Positions 1 to 10,029 of a stretch of 64,000 nucleotides of DNA are shown here, in pieces. Location of the stretch: positions 124,001 through 188,000 of the forward strand of contig NW_024055458.1 in NCBI RefSeq assembly GCF_902713615.1, given 5' to 3'. The notes below the pieces were generated by a model that saw only the letters and a program-made list of their open reading frames with translations, made no database searches and had not been told where the DNA came from. Source of the DNA: Scyliorhinus canicula. Its lineage: Eukaryota. Numbering within the stretch: the stretch's first letter is position 1; the number at the start of each line of letters is the position of its first letter. A program made the position numbers and the translations under genes.

Positions 1-263
1 CATTTAATCTCTCCTGACTTGCCCCCCATTAGAGCCCTTTCCTGTTGTTCTGTTTCCTCCCTCCGGTAATTCACTTGGTTAAGACGTACCACATTTCTAA
101 CCTGTCCCGGTTTTAATGAAAGGTGATGGTGAAAGACGAACTTTGTTGTCCTGTCGACAAATGCCGCCTGACTCCCTGAGATGTTGCAGTACTTTTGGCG
201 TTCTCCGCAGATGTTAGATTGATTTTCGATGGCAATGACAGTATGCTTTGTCTCTTTTTGCGG

Positions 264-353
264 GGCTCGTTGGTCTAGGGGTATGATTCTCGCTTTGGGT
301 GTGTCGCTGTCGGAATTTGCGAGAGGTCCCGGGTTCAAATCCCGGATGAGCCC
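264..353 (+). tRNA. tRNA-Pro-TGG: tRNA-Pro(UGG) with 18-nt intron (300-317); intact cloverleaf
   Basis: GGCTCGTTGGTCTAGGGGTATGATTCTCGCTT-TGG-G[TGTGTCGCTGTCGGAATT]TGCGAGAGGTCCCGGGTTCAAATCCCGGATGAGCCC. Exons match the vertebrate tRNA-Pro body apart from a G6:U67 wobble. TTTT lies ~10 nt downstream. Confidence 0.93.
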
Positions 354-599
354 TTCGATGAGGTTTTCCCGTTGGTCAAACCGCATGTTTTCTTCATTTC
401 TTTGCAGCGTAGACGGCGGGATTCATTCACATTGGGTTTGCTTTGAGATGCTGAGCTCAAGCTGCATGGAACCAATGCGTTCCCGAGAAGTTTGTCTATG
501 GGTGGGCATTCACATTTCTATTGACTAATTCTGGTGGACTCAGACAGCTCTTTGTCCCTTTCATTTTATCAGTTCAACAACTTCAGACTGTGAACTCTC

Positions 600-1100
600 A
601 CTTCCCCCTTCACCACATGTTTTTTCCATCAACTTATCATCCCTTCCATTGATATGTTTTACCCTCAGCATTGCCCACCTCCCACCAGCCCATACCATCC
701 TACTTGATCAATCTGATCCGTGTTTGTAATTGTTCTCTGACGCACTGCTTACCTTTGTTCTGCCATTAACACATTCTGACCGCTTGATGCAACATCAGCA
801 CCTTTCATAGCCTTGTTTAGCCTCATTTACATTCCCTTTTTCTTTCTCCCCGAGACACTTTCGTCATTTCCCACCTATTGCTAGCCCTCTATCGAGGCCC
901 AATACAGCACTCCACCACCCCCACCCCCCACCCACAATCGTCTGAATCTCCAATTCCAGTTCTCCAGCTTTGACAAAGAGTCCACTTGACTGGAAACGAC
1001 AGCTGCCATTTCGCTGCCCAGAGGCTGTCAGACCTGCTGAGATTATCCAGTATTTTCTGTTTTTGTTTCGTTTGAAGCATCCGCAGTAAGATGCATTTGT
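600..1100 (+). mobile_element. Decayed Penelope-like terminal repeat, present in every array unit, with an inactivated hammerhead motif at 966-1004
   Basis: CAGCTTTGACAAAGAGTC..GACTGGAAACG..GTCAGACCTGCTGAGATTATCCAG..GCATCCGCAGTAA aligns with the PLE-type repeats at 26545-26670 and 39340-39460. Confidence 0.7.
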
Positions 1101-1403
1101 CATACATTTAGACATGATTGAGATGGTGATTAAATGTGTTCATTTGTAAATCGCTGAAACTCTGTTGTGGATGAACTAGCTGCTAATATCCGAGCTGCGC
1201 CAAGATATGAAAATTCTTCACCTCGCTCTGCCTGCCGAAAATTCAGTGCTTGGGCCTTAATGTTCAATTCAGTGTAGTGGCTCATGTGAGATGAAATTTC
1301 ATAGTCCTGGAACACACGAGATTCCGGCAACATTCTGGAAACAGAATTATTTTGTGCCCAATAATTGTGCAAACTTTTCTCACACGAAATGCTAAATGTT
1401 CGA

Positions 1404-1476
1404 TGTTTCTGCCCGGTTTCGAACCGGGGACCTTTCGCGTGTGAGGCGAATGTGATAACCACTACACTACAGAAAC
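1404..1476 (-). tRNA. tRNA-Val-CAC: tRNA-Val(CAC), intact
   Basis: Reverse complement GTTTCTGTAGTGTAGTGGTTATCACATTCGCCTCACACGCGAAAGGTCCCCGGTTCGAAACCGGGCAGAAACA; all stems pair. Confidence 0.96.
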
Positions 1477-1682
1477 CGCTGGCAAGCAAAGGACGTGCGG
1501 AATGTACAACCTCACTGTGTTGCTGCAGATTCTAATGGTCTGTTTGAGAGGCCAGGTCCCTTGTTGCAAGCGACAGTTGTTTCTTAAATTAACAGATGTC
1601 TCCACATATAAAGCCGTGAGATGTAGAAATTATATCGAAATTAACATTAGATATATTTTGCTGAATGTCGGTCTCAAATTTG

Positions 1683-1772
1683 CGCTCTTTGGTCTCGAGG
1701 TCTGGTTCTCGTTTAAGGATTTTCAAGCAATGCCTATGGGAGTGGTCGTGGGTTTAAATCCAGGACAGTCTC
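1683..1772 (+). pseudogene. Decayed tRNA-Pro-like relic with an 18-nt insert at 37/38
   Basis: Gap-free alignment to tRNA-Pro: 28/36 identity for the 5' exon and about 27/36 for the 3' exon, separated by ATTTTCAAGCAATGCCTA; the anticodon position reads AAG. Confidence 0.75.
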
Positions 1773-2263
1773 TTTACTCCAGGTCAGGGATTACGAATTG
1801 TTTGCGACGCTGACGGCAGGGTTGATTTACATTGGCCCACTCTGAAAAAGATTTCTCAGGACTCGGAATGTTTACGTCGTTTCTCTCCCCACAGATGATG
1901 CTCGAGAGAGAGACAGTGCCTGAGCTGGAGTGCGTTTGGATAAAATTGATGCTCCAGATCTGTGTTAACCGCAGGGACGTGACCCATCTAATCCACAGAG
2001 CCAAAGTGGAGAATTGAACTGACTGGGGAGCTGGATCTTAACGCTGACCTCCCGCACCTCGGCGTCGTGAAATGTTCCAAAGAAGCTCAACAGCCACTCA
2101 AGGAACAGCAGCGCATCTTTCCACTGGGCTCAATACAGCTTTCACACTCAGTGTGTGTTCAGTAGTTTCACACTGTAAATGCTGCACCCATTTTGTGTGT
2201 CCTTCCATCGCAGATTTGGGTTTCAATCTTGTTTCCACTTGTTCTTTGCGTCCGGGCGGTAGT

Positions 2264-2317
2264 TGATTCTCGCTTTGGGTGGTGTCGCTGTCGGAATTTG
2301 CGAGAGGTCCCGGGTTC
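2264..2317 (+). pseudogene. Internal fragment of an intron-containing tRNA-Pro(UGG), both ends lost
   Basis: TGATTCTCGCTTTGGG-TGGTGTCGCTGTCGGAATT-TGCGAGAGGTCCCGGGTTC; intron here is 19 nt. Confidence 0.85.
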
Positions 2318-2405
2318 GTTGGGTTACAGGTATAGGGTGGGTTTGAGTAGGGTGATCATGGCCCGGCACAACATAAAGGGGCTGTGCTGTACTGTTCTAT
2401 GTTCT
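2318..2405 (+). mobile_element. 3' tail fragment of HE1-like V-SINE
   Basis: GTTGGGTTACAGGTATAGGGTGG...GCTGTACTGTTCTATGTTCT matches the tail of the full copy at 51768-52106. Confidence 0.85.
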
Positions 2406-2523
2406 TGTCGATGGAGCGAAGGTGTTTTGCAAAGTGGTCACCCAGTCGGCATTTAGTCTCTCCAATGCAGAGTAGATGGCATTGGGACCAGCAAATGCAA
2501 CAGGCCAGATTGAAGGATGTCTG
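2406..2523 (-). mobile_element. Penelope-like GIY-YIG endonuclease fragment
   Basis: Minus-strand translation CSQCHLL-CIGETKCRLGDHFAKHLRSI resembles the YIGET..RL..RF.EH PLE endonuclease motif. Confidence 0.7.
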
Positions 2524-3078
2524 AAAGTAATGTGTACTCAAAAAGACAGACACAAACGATACTGTAACTGACTTAGAGGAAATGCCAGAGACTAAACTGA
2601 ACCAGCTTTGGGAAAGAAAAAACGGTCTTCCTAATGGAGAAACAGGAAAAGCCAGTGTGGGAATCCAGGCTCAAAGTTGATTTACAATTACCCCTCCTTT
2701 CTTCTACATGAACGGTATTGAGGCTGCAGCATTTTACACACCAAAACACAAAGAGGTCAAATATAAGAAACACATAATTGTCAATTCTTAAACTCAACTC
2801 AAGCATTGAATAACGAAACAAATATTGTGTAAAGTCGGTTGTTTTTTTCTCTAGGATTTCAGAATGCTGCATTAATAATAGAAGAGAGCATTTCGCCCTT
2901 AGAGATTTGCTGAACAAATTCAGGTTCTTCTACTGGCTTGTAAGTTTAGACATCTGTTTTAAAGAAATGACGTGTTCTTGTAAGAAGTGACATGGCCTCT
3001 CAGCCGAACCATGCCAAGCTGCAACAAGGCAGTTGTGTTGAAGGTGACACAGGTCCGTTGGCGTCTGTGTTGCCAGCT

Positions 3079-3151
3079 GTTTCTGTAGTGTAGTGGTTAT
3101 CACGTTCGCTTTACACGCGAATGGTTCCCGGTTCGAAACCGGGCAGAAACA
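3079..3151 (+). tRNA. tRNA-Val-TAC: tRNA-Val(UAC) built on a Val(CAC/AAC)-type body
   Basis: GTTTCTGTAGTGTAGTGGTTATCACGTTCGCTT-TAC-ACGCGAATGGTTCCCGGTTCGAAACCGGGCAGAAACA; stems intact. Confidence 0.88.
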
Positions 3152-3226
3152 TCTGTTGCTAAATATTACCTCGATCTCGCAACTGATCTTCATCATCGAG
3201 GAATAGCAAAAGACTGTAACTGCTGT

Positions 3227-3299
3227 CGGCCAGTGGCGCAATGGATAACGCGTCTGACTACGAATCAGGAGATTTCAGGTTCGACTCCTGGCTGGCTCG
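3227..3299 (+). tRNA. tRNA-Arg-ACG: tRNA-Arg(ACG), variant or possibly pseudogenised
   Basis: CGGCCAGTGGCGCAATGGATAACGCGTCTGACT-ACG-AATCAGGAGATTTCAGGTTCGACTCCTGGCTGGCTCG; C1:C72 mismatch, A37, and two U:G wobbles relative to the standard vertebrate body. Confidence 0.85.
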
Positions 3300-3308
3300 C
3301 AGTTCCTA

Positions 3309-3315
3309 TTTTTTT
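3309..3315 (+). terminator. RNA polymerase III terminator (T7)
   Basis: T7 run 10 nt after the Arg gene; first run of >=4 T downstream of the Val(TAC) gene. Confidence 0.8.
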
Positions 3316-3462
3316 GAAAGGTGCTGGTGAAAGACGAACTTTGTTGTCCTGTCGACAAATGCCGCCTGACTCCCTGAGATGTTGCAGTACTTTTGGCGTT
3401 CTCCGCAGATGTTAGATTGATTTTCGATGGCAATGATAGTATGCATTAGCTTTTTTTCGCGG

Positions 3463-3552
3463 GGCTCGTTGGTCTAGGGGTATGATTCTCGCTTTGGGTG
3501 TGTCGCTGTCGGAATTTGCGCGACGTCCCGGGTTCAAATCCCGGACGAGCCC
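3463..3552 (+). tRNA. tRNA-Pro-TGG: tRNA-Pro(UGG) with 18-nt intron; anticodon-stem mismatch
   Basis: Same 90-nt layout; 3' exon reads GCGCGACGTCCC instead of GCGAGAGGTCCC. Confidence 0.82.
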
Positions 3553-4598
3553 TTCGATGAGGTTTTCCGTTGGTCAAACCGCATGTTTTCTTCATTTATT
3601 TGCGGCGGAGACAGCGGGATTCATTCACATTGGGTTTGCTTTGAGAAGCTGAGCTCAAACTGCAGGGAACCAATACGTTCCCGAGAAGTTTGTCTATGGG
3701 TGGGCATTCACATTTCTATTGACTAATTCTGGTGGACTCAGACAGCTCTTTGTCCCTTTCATTTTATCAGTTCAATAACTTCAGACTGTGAACTCTCACT
3801 TCCCCCTTCACCACATGTTTTTTCCATCAACTTATCATCCCTTCCATTGATATGTTTTACCCTCAGCATCGTCCACCTCCCCCCAGCCCATACCATCCTA
3901 CTTCAGCAATCTGATCCCTGATTGTAATTGTTCTCTGACGCACTGCTTACCTTTGTTCTGCCATTAACACATTCTGACCTCTGATGCGCCATCAGCACCT
4001 TTCATAGCCTTGATTAGCCTCATTTACATTCCCTTTTTCTTTCTGCCCGAGACATTTTCGTCATTTCCCACCTATTGCTAGCCCTCTATCGAGGCCCAAT
4101 ACAGCACTCCACCACCCCCACCCCCCACCCACAATCGTCTGAATCTCCAGTTCCAGTTCTCCAGCTTTGACAAAGAGTCCACTTGACTGGAAACGACAGC
4201 TGCCATTTCGCTCCCCAGAGGCTGTCAGACCTGCTGAGATTATCCAGTATTTTCTGTTTTTGTTTCCGTTTGAAGCATCCGCAGTAATTTGCATTTGTCA
4301 CACATTTAGACATGTTTGAGATGGTGATTAAATATGTTCATTTGTAAATCGGTGAAACTCTGTTGTGGATGAACTAGCTGCTAATATCCGAGTTGTGCCA
4401 AGATATGAAAATTCTTCACCTCTTGCCTGCCGAAAATTCAGTGCTTGGGCCTTAATGTTCAATTCAGTTTCGTGGCTCGTGTGAGACGAAATTTCATAGT
4501 CCTGGAACACACGAGATTCCGGCAACATTCAGGAAATAGAATTATTTTGTGCCCAATAATTGTGCAAACTTTTCTCACACGAAATGCTAAATGTTCGA

Positions 4599-4671
4599 TG
4601 TTTCTGCCCGGTTTCGAACCGGGGACCTTTCGCGTGTGAGGCGAATGTGATAACCACTACACTACAGAAAC
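4599..4671 (-). tRNA. tRNA-Val-CAC: tRNA-Val(CAC), intact
   Basis: Identical to the copy at 1404-1476. Confidence 0.96.
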
Positions 4672-4877
4672 CGCTGGCAATCAATGGACGTGCGGAATGT
4701 ACAACCTCACGGTGTTGCTGCAGATTCTGATGGTCTGTTTGAGAGGCCAGGTCCCTTGTTGCAAGCGACAGCTGTGTCTGAAATTAACAGATGTCTCAAC
4801 ATATAAAGCCGTGAGATGTAGAAATTATATCGAAATTAACATAAATTATATTTTGCTGAATATCGGTCTTAAATTTG

Positions 4878-4967
4878 TGCTCTTTGGTCTCGAGGTCTGG
4901 TTCTCGTTTAAGGATTTTCAATCAATGCCTATGGGAGTGGTCGTGGGTTTAAATGCAGGACAGGCTC
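4878..4967 (+). pseudogene. tRNA-Pro-like relic, copy 2
   Basis: Paralog of 1683-1772. Confidence 0.75.
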
Positions 4968-5897
4968 TTTACTCCAGGTCAGAGATTACGAATTGTTTGC
5001 GATGCTGACGGCGGGGTTGATTTACATTAGCCCACTCTGAAAAAGATTTCTCAGGACTCGGAATGTTTACGTCGTTTCTCTCCCCACAGATGATGCTCGA
5101 GAGAGAGAGAGAGACAGTGTCTGAGCTGAAGTGCGTTTGGATAAAATTGATGCTCCAGATCTGTGTTAACCACAGGGACGTGACCCATCTAATCCACAGA
5201 GCCAAAGTGGAGAATTGAACTGACTGGGGAGCTGGATCTTAACGCTGACCTCCCGGACCTCGGCGTCGTGAAATGTTCCAAAGAAGCTCAACAGCCACTC
5301 GAGGAACAGCAGCGCATCTTTCCACTGTGCTCAATACAGCTTTCACACTGTGTGTGTTCAATAGTTTCACACTGTAAATGCTGCACCCATTTTGTGTGTC
5401 CTTCCATCGCAGATTTGGGATTCAATCTTGTTTCCACTTGTTCTTTGTGTCCGGGCGGTAGTTGTTGATCAATATGCCATCGATAGCTCCTCCAGACATA
5501 TCTTTTGTTTCTTCCATTGCGCTAACAGAGAGCTGGCACAGACACGGCGGCCGGAATGGCCTCATACTGTGGTGTCATTATTTTCTGATTTGATGCCATC
5601 CTAACTCTGTGGCCAGGGTCCCAAGGCCTCTTCTTATTTATTCTCTCCTGTCTTGCCCCCTATTAGAGCCCTTTCCTGTTGTTCTGTTTCCTCCCTCCGG
5701 TAATTCACTTGGTTAAGATGTATCACATTTCTAACCTGTCCCGGTTTTAATGAAAGGTGATGGTGAAAGACGAACTTTGTTGTCCTGTCGACAAATTCCG
5801 CCTGAGTCCCTGAGATGTTGCAGTACTTTTGGCGTTCTCCGCAGATGGTAGATTGGTTTTCGATGGCAATGACAGTATGGTTTGACTCTTTTTGGGG

Positions 5898-5987
5898 GGC
5901 TCGTTGGTCTAGGGGTATGATTCTCGCTTTGGTTGTGTTGCTGTCGGAATTTGCGATATGTCCCGGGTTCAAATCCCCGACGAGCTC
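5898..5987 (+). pseudogene. tRNA-Pro(UGG) with intron, multiply mutated
   Basis: G37>T, 3' exon GCGATATG, plus T-stem and acceptor-stem substitutions. Confidence 0.8.
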
Positions 5988-7037
5988 TTCGATGAGGTTT
6001 TCCGTTGGTCAAGCCGCATGTTTTCTTCATTTCTTTGCGGCGGAGACAGCGGGATTCATTCACATTGTGTTTGCTTTGAGAAGCTGAGCTCAAACTGCAT
6101 GGAACCAATACGTTCCCGAGAAGTTTGTCTGTGTGTGGGCATTCACATTTCTATTGACTAATTCTGGTGGACTCAGACAGCTCTTTGTCCCTTTCATTTT
6201 ATCAGTTCAACAACTTCAGACTGTGAACTCTCACTTCCCCCTAAACCACATGTTTTTTCCATCAACTTATCATTCCTTCCATTGATATGTTTTACCCTAA
6301 GCATTGCCCCCCTCCCCCCAGCCCATACCACCCTACTTCAGCCATCTGATTCCTGTTTGTAATTGTTCTCTGACGCACTGCTTTCCTTTGTTCTGCCATT
6401 AACACATTCTGACCGCTTGATGCGCCATCAGCACCTTTCATAGCCTTGATTAGCCTCATTTACAATCCCTTTTTCTTTCTGCACGAGACATTTTCGTCAT
6501 TTCCCACCTATTGCTAGCCCTCTATCGAGGCCCAATACAGCACTCCACCACCCCCACCCCCCACCCACAATCGTCTGAATCTCCAATTCCAGTTCTCCAG
6601 CTTTGACAAAGAGTCCACTTGACTGGAAACGACAGCTGCCATTTCGCTCCCCAGAGGCTGTCAGACCAGCTGAGGTTGTCCAGTATTTTCTGTTTTTGTT
6701 TCCGTTTGAAGCATCCGCAGTAAGTTGCATTTGTCACACATTTAGACATGTTTGAGATGGTGATTAAATATGTTCATTTGTAAATCGCTGAAACTCTGTT
6801 GTGGATGAACTCGCTGCTAATATCCGAGGTGTGCCAAGATATGAAAATTCTTCACCTCTCATTGCCTGCCGAAAATTCAGTGCTTGGGCCTTAATGTTCA
6901 ATTCAGTGTAGTGGCTGATGTGAGACGAAATTTCATAGTCCTGGAACACACGAGATTCCGGCAACATTCAGGAAACAGAATTATTTTGTGCCCAATAATT
7001 GGGCAAACTTTTCTCACACGACATGCTAAATGTTCCA

Positions 7038-7110
7038 TGTTTCTGCCCGGTTTCGAACCGGAGACCTTTCGTATGTGAGGCGAATGTGATAACCTCTACA
7101 CTACAGAAAC
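7038..7110 (-). pseudogene. tRNA-Val(CAC), mutated
   Basis: Anticodon-stem mismatch (ATACGAA), altered D-loop (AGAGG) and T-arm change. Confidence 0.8.
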
Positions 7111-7315
7111 CGCTGGCAATCAATGGATTGCGGAATGTACAACCTCACTGTGTTGCTGCAGATTCTGATGGTCTGTTTGAGAGGCCAGATCCCTTGTTGC
7201 AAGCGACAGCTGTTTCTTAAATTAACAGATGTCTCAACATATAAAGCCGTGAGATGTAGAAATTATATCGAAATTAACATAAGTTATATTTTGCTGAATG
7301 TCGGTTTCAAATTTG

Positions 7316-7405
7316 TGCTCTTTGGTCTCGAGGTCTGGTTCTCGTTTAAGGATTTTCAAGCAATGTCTATGGGAGTGGTCGTGGGTTCAAATCCAGGACA
7401 GGCTC
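7316..7405 (+). pseudogene. tRNA-Pro-like relic, copy 3, retaining a canonical B-box
   Basis: GTGGGTTCAAATCCAGG keeps GGTTCAAATCC exactly. Confidence 0.8.
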
Positions 7406-8250
7406 TTTACTCCAGGTCAGGGATTACGAATTGTTTGCGATGCTGACGGCAGGGTTGATTTACATTAACCCACTCTGAAAAAGATTTCTCAGGACTCGGA
7501 ATGGTTACGTCGTTTATCTCCCCACAGATGATGCTCGAGAGAGAGAGACAGTGTCTGAGCTGGAGTGCGTTTGGATAAAATTGATGCTCCAGATCTGTGT
7601 TAACCACAGGGACGTGACCCATCTAATCCACAGAGCCAAAGTGGAGAATTGAACTGACTGGGGAGCTGGATCTTAACGCTGACCTCCCGGACCTCGGCGT
7701 CGTGAAATGTTCCAAAGAAGCTCAACAGCCACTCGAGGAACAGCAGCGCATCTTTCCAGTGGGCTCAATACAGCTTTCACACTCAGTGTGTGTTCAGCAG
7801 TTTCACACTGTAAATGCTGCACCCATTTTGTGTGTCCTTCCATCGCAGATTTGGGTTTCAATCTTGTTTCCACTTGTTCTTTGTGTCCGGGCGGTAGTTG
7901 TTGATCAATATGCCATCGATTGCTCCTCCAGACATATCTTTTGTTTCTTTGTTTCTTCCATTGCGCTAACAGAGAGCTGGCACAGACACGGCGGCCGGAA
8001 TGGCCTCATACTGTGGTGTCATTATTCTCTGATTTGATGCCATCCTAACTCTGTGGCCAGGGTCCCAAGGCCTCTTCTCATTTAATCCTTGCTGACTTGC
8101 CCCCCATTAGAGCCCTTTCCTGTTGTTCTGTTTCCTCCCTCCGGTAATTCACTTGGTCAAGACGTTCCACATTTCTAACCTGTCCCGGTTTTTATGAAAG
8201 GTGATGGTGAAAGACGAACTTTGATGTCCTGTCGACAAATGCCGCCTGAC

Positions 8251-8425
8251 TAATGAAATGAAAATCGCTTATTGTCACGAGTGGGCTTCAATGAAGTTAC
8301 TGTGAAAAGCCCCTAGTCGCCACATTCCGGCGCCTGTCCGGGGAGGCTGGAATCGAACCGTTCTGCTGGCCTGCTTGGTCTGCTTTAAAAGCCAGCGATT
8401 TAGCCCAGTGAGCTAAACCAGCCCC
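8251..8425 (-). mobile_element. Short tRNA-derived SINE inserted in one array unit
   Basis: Minus strand GGGGCTGGTTTAGCTCACTGGGCTAAATCGC...GAATGTGGCGACTAGGGGCTTTTCACAGTAAC...TTTCATTTCATT; absent at the same site in the other units; same family at 46579-46740. Confidence 0.88.
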
Positions 8426-8527
8426 TGAAGCTAAACTACCTGAGATGGTGCAGTAATTTTGGCGTTCTCCGCAGATGTTAGATTGAATTTCGATGGCAAT
8501 GACAGTATGCTTTGTCTCTTTTTGCGG

Positions 8528-8616
8528 GGCTCGTTGGTCTAGGGGTATGTTCTCGCTTTGGGTGTGTCACTGTCGGAATTTGCTTGAGGTCCCGGGTTCA
8601 AATCCCGGACGAGCCC
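8528..8616 (+). pseudogene. tRNA-Pro(UGG) with intron; 1-nt D-arm deletion and broken anticodon stem
   Basis: GGTATGTTCTC (A lost) and GCTTGAGG. Confidence 0.8.
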
Positions 8617-9660
8617 TTCGATGAGGTTTTCCCGTTGGTCAAACCGCATGTTTTCTTCATTTCTTTGCAGCGTCGACGGCGGGATTCATTCACATTGGGT
8701 TTGCTTTGAGAAGCTGAGCTCAAGCTGCATGGAACCAATACGTTCCCGAGAAGTTTGTCTATGGGTGGGCATTCACATTTCTATTGATTAATTCTGGTGG
8801 ACTCAGACAGCTCTTTGTCCCTTTCATTTTATCAGTTCAACAACTTCAGACTGTGAACTCTCACTTCCCCCTTCACCACATGTTTTTTCCATCAACTTAT
8901 CATCCCTTCCATTGATATGTTTTACCCTCAGCATCGCCCACCTCCCCCCAGCCCATACCATCCTACTTCAGCAATCTGATCCCTGATTGTAATTGTTCTC
9001 TGACGCACTGCTTACCTTTGTTCTGCCATTAACACATTCTGACCGCTTGATGCGCCTTCAGCACCTTTCATAGCCTTGATTAGCCTCATTTATATTCCCT
9101 TTTTCTTTCTGCCCGAGACATTTTCGTCATTTCCCACCTATTGCTAGCCCTCTATCGAGGCCCAATACAGCACTCCACCACCCCCACCCCCCACCCACAA
9201 TCGTCTGAATCTCCAATTCCAGTTCTCCAGCTTTGACAAAGAGTCCACTTGACTGGAAACGACAGCTGCCATTTCGCTCCCCAGACGCTGTCAGACCTGC
9301 TGAGATTATCCAGTATTTTCTGTTTTTGTTTCCGTTTGAAGCATCCGCAGTAAGTTGCATTTGTCACACATTTAGACATGTTTGAGATGGTGATTAAATA
9401 TGTTCATTTGTAAATCGCTGAAACTCTGTTGTGGATGAACTAGCTGCTAATATCCGAGGTGTGCCAAGATATGAAAATTCTTCACCTCTCATTGCCTGCC
9501 GAAAATTCAGTGCTTGGGCCTTAATGTTCAATTCAGTTTCGTGGCTCGTGTGAGACGAAATTTCATAGTCCTGGAACACACGAGATTCCGGCAACATTCA
9601 GGAAATAGAATTATTTTGTGCCCAATAATTGTGCAAACTTTTCTCACACGAAATGCTAAA

Positions 9661-9733
9661 TGTTTCTGCCCGGTTTCGAACCGGTGACCTTTCGCGTGTG
9701 AGGCGAATGTGATAACCACTACACTACAGAAAC
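9661..9733 (-). tRNA. tRNA-Val-CAC: tRNA-Val(CAC) with one T-stem mismatch
   Basis: GGTCACCGG instead of GGTCCCCGG. Confidence 0.85.
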
Positions 9734-9939
9734 CGCTGGCAATCAATGGACGTGCGGAATGTACAACCTCACTGTGTTGCTGCAGATTCTGATGGTCTGT
9801 TTGAGAGGCCAGGTACCTTGTTGCAAGCGACAGCTGTGTCTGAAATTAACAGATGTCTCAACATATAAAGCCGTGAGATGTAGAAATTATATCGAAATTA
9901 ACAAAAATTATATTTTGCTGAATATCGGTCTTAAATTTG

Positions 9940-10029
9940 TGCTCTTTGGTCTCGAGGTCTGGTTCTCGTTTAAGGATTTTCAATCAATGCCTATGGGAGT
10001 GGTCGTGGGTTTAAATCCAGGACAGGCTC
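9940..10029 (+). pseudogene. tRNA-Pro-like relic, copy 4
   Basis: Paralog of 1683-1772. Confidence 0.75.

Noticed and set aside
1990-2070. Possible tRNA-Leu-like relic on the minus strand (GCCGAG..GTTCAATTCTCCAC)
   Set aside because: Only scattered matches; I could not build a cloverleaf or a gap-free alignment.
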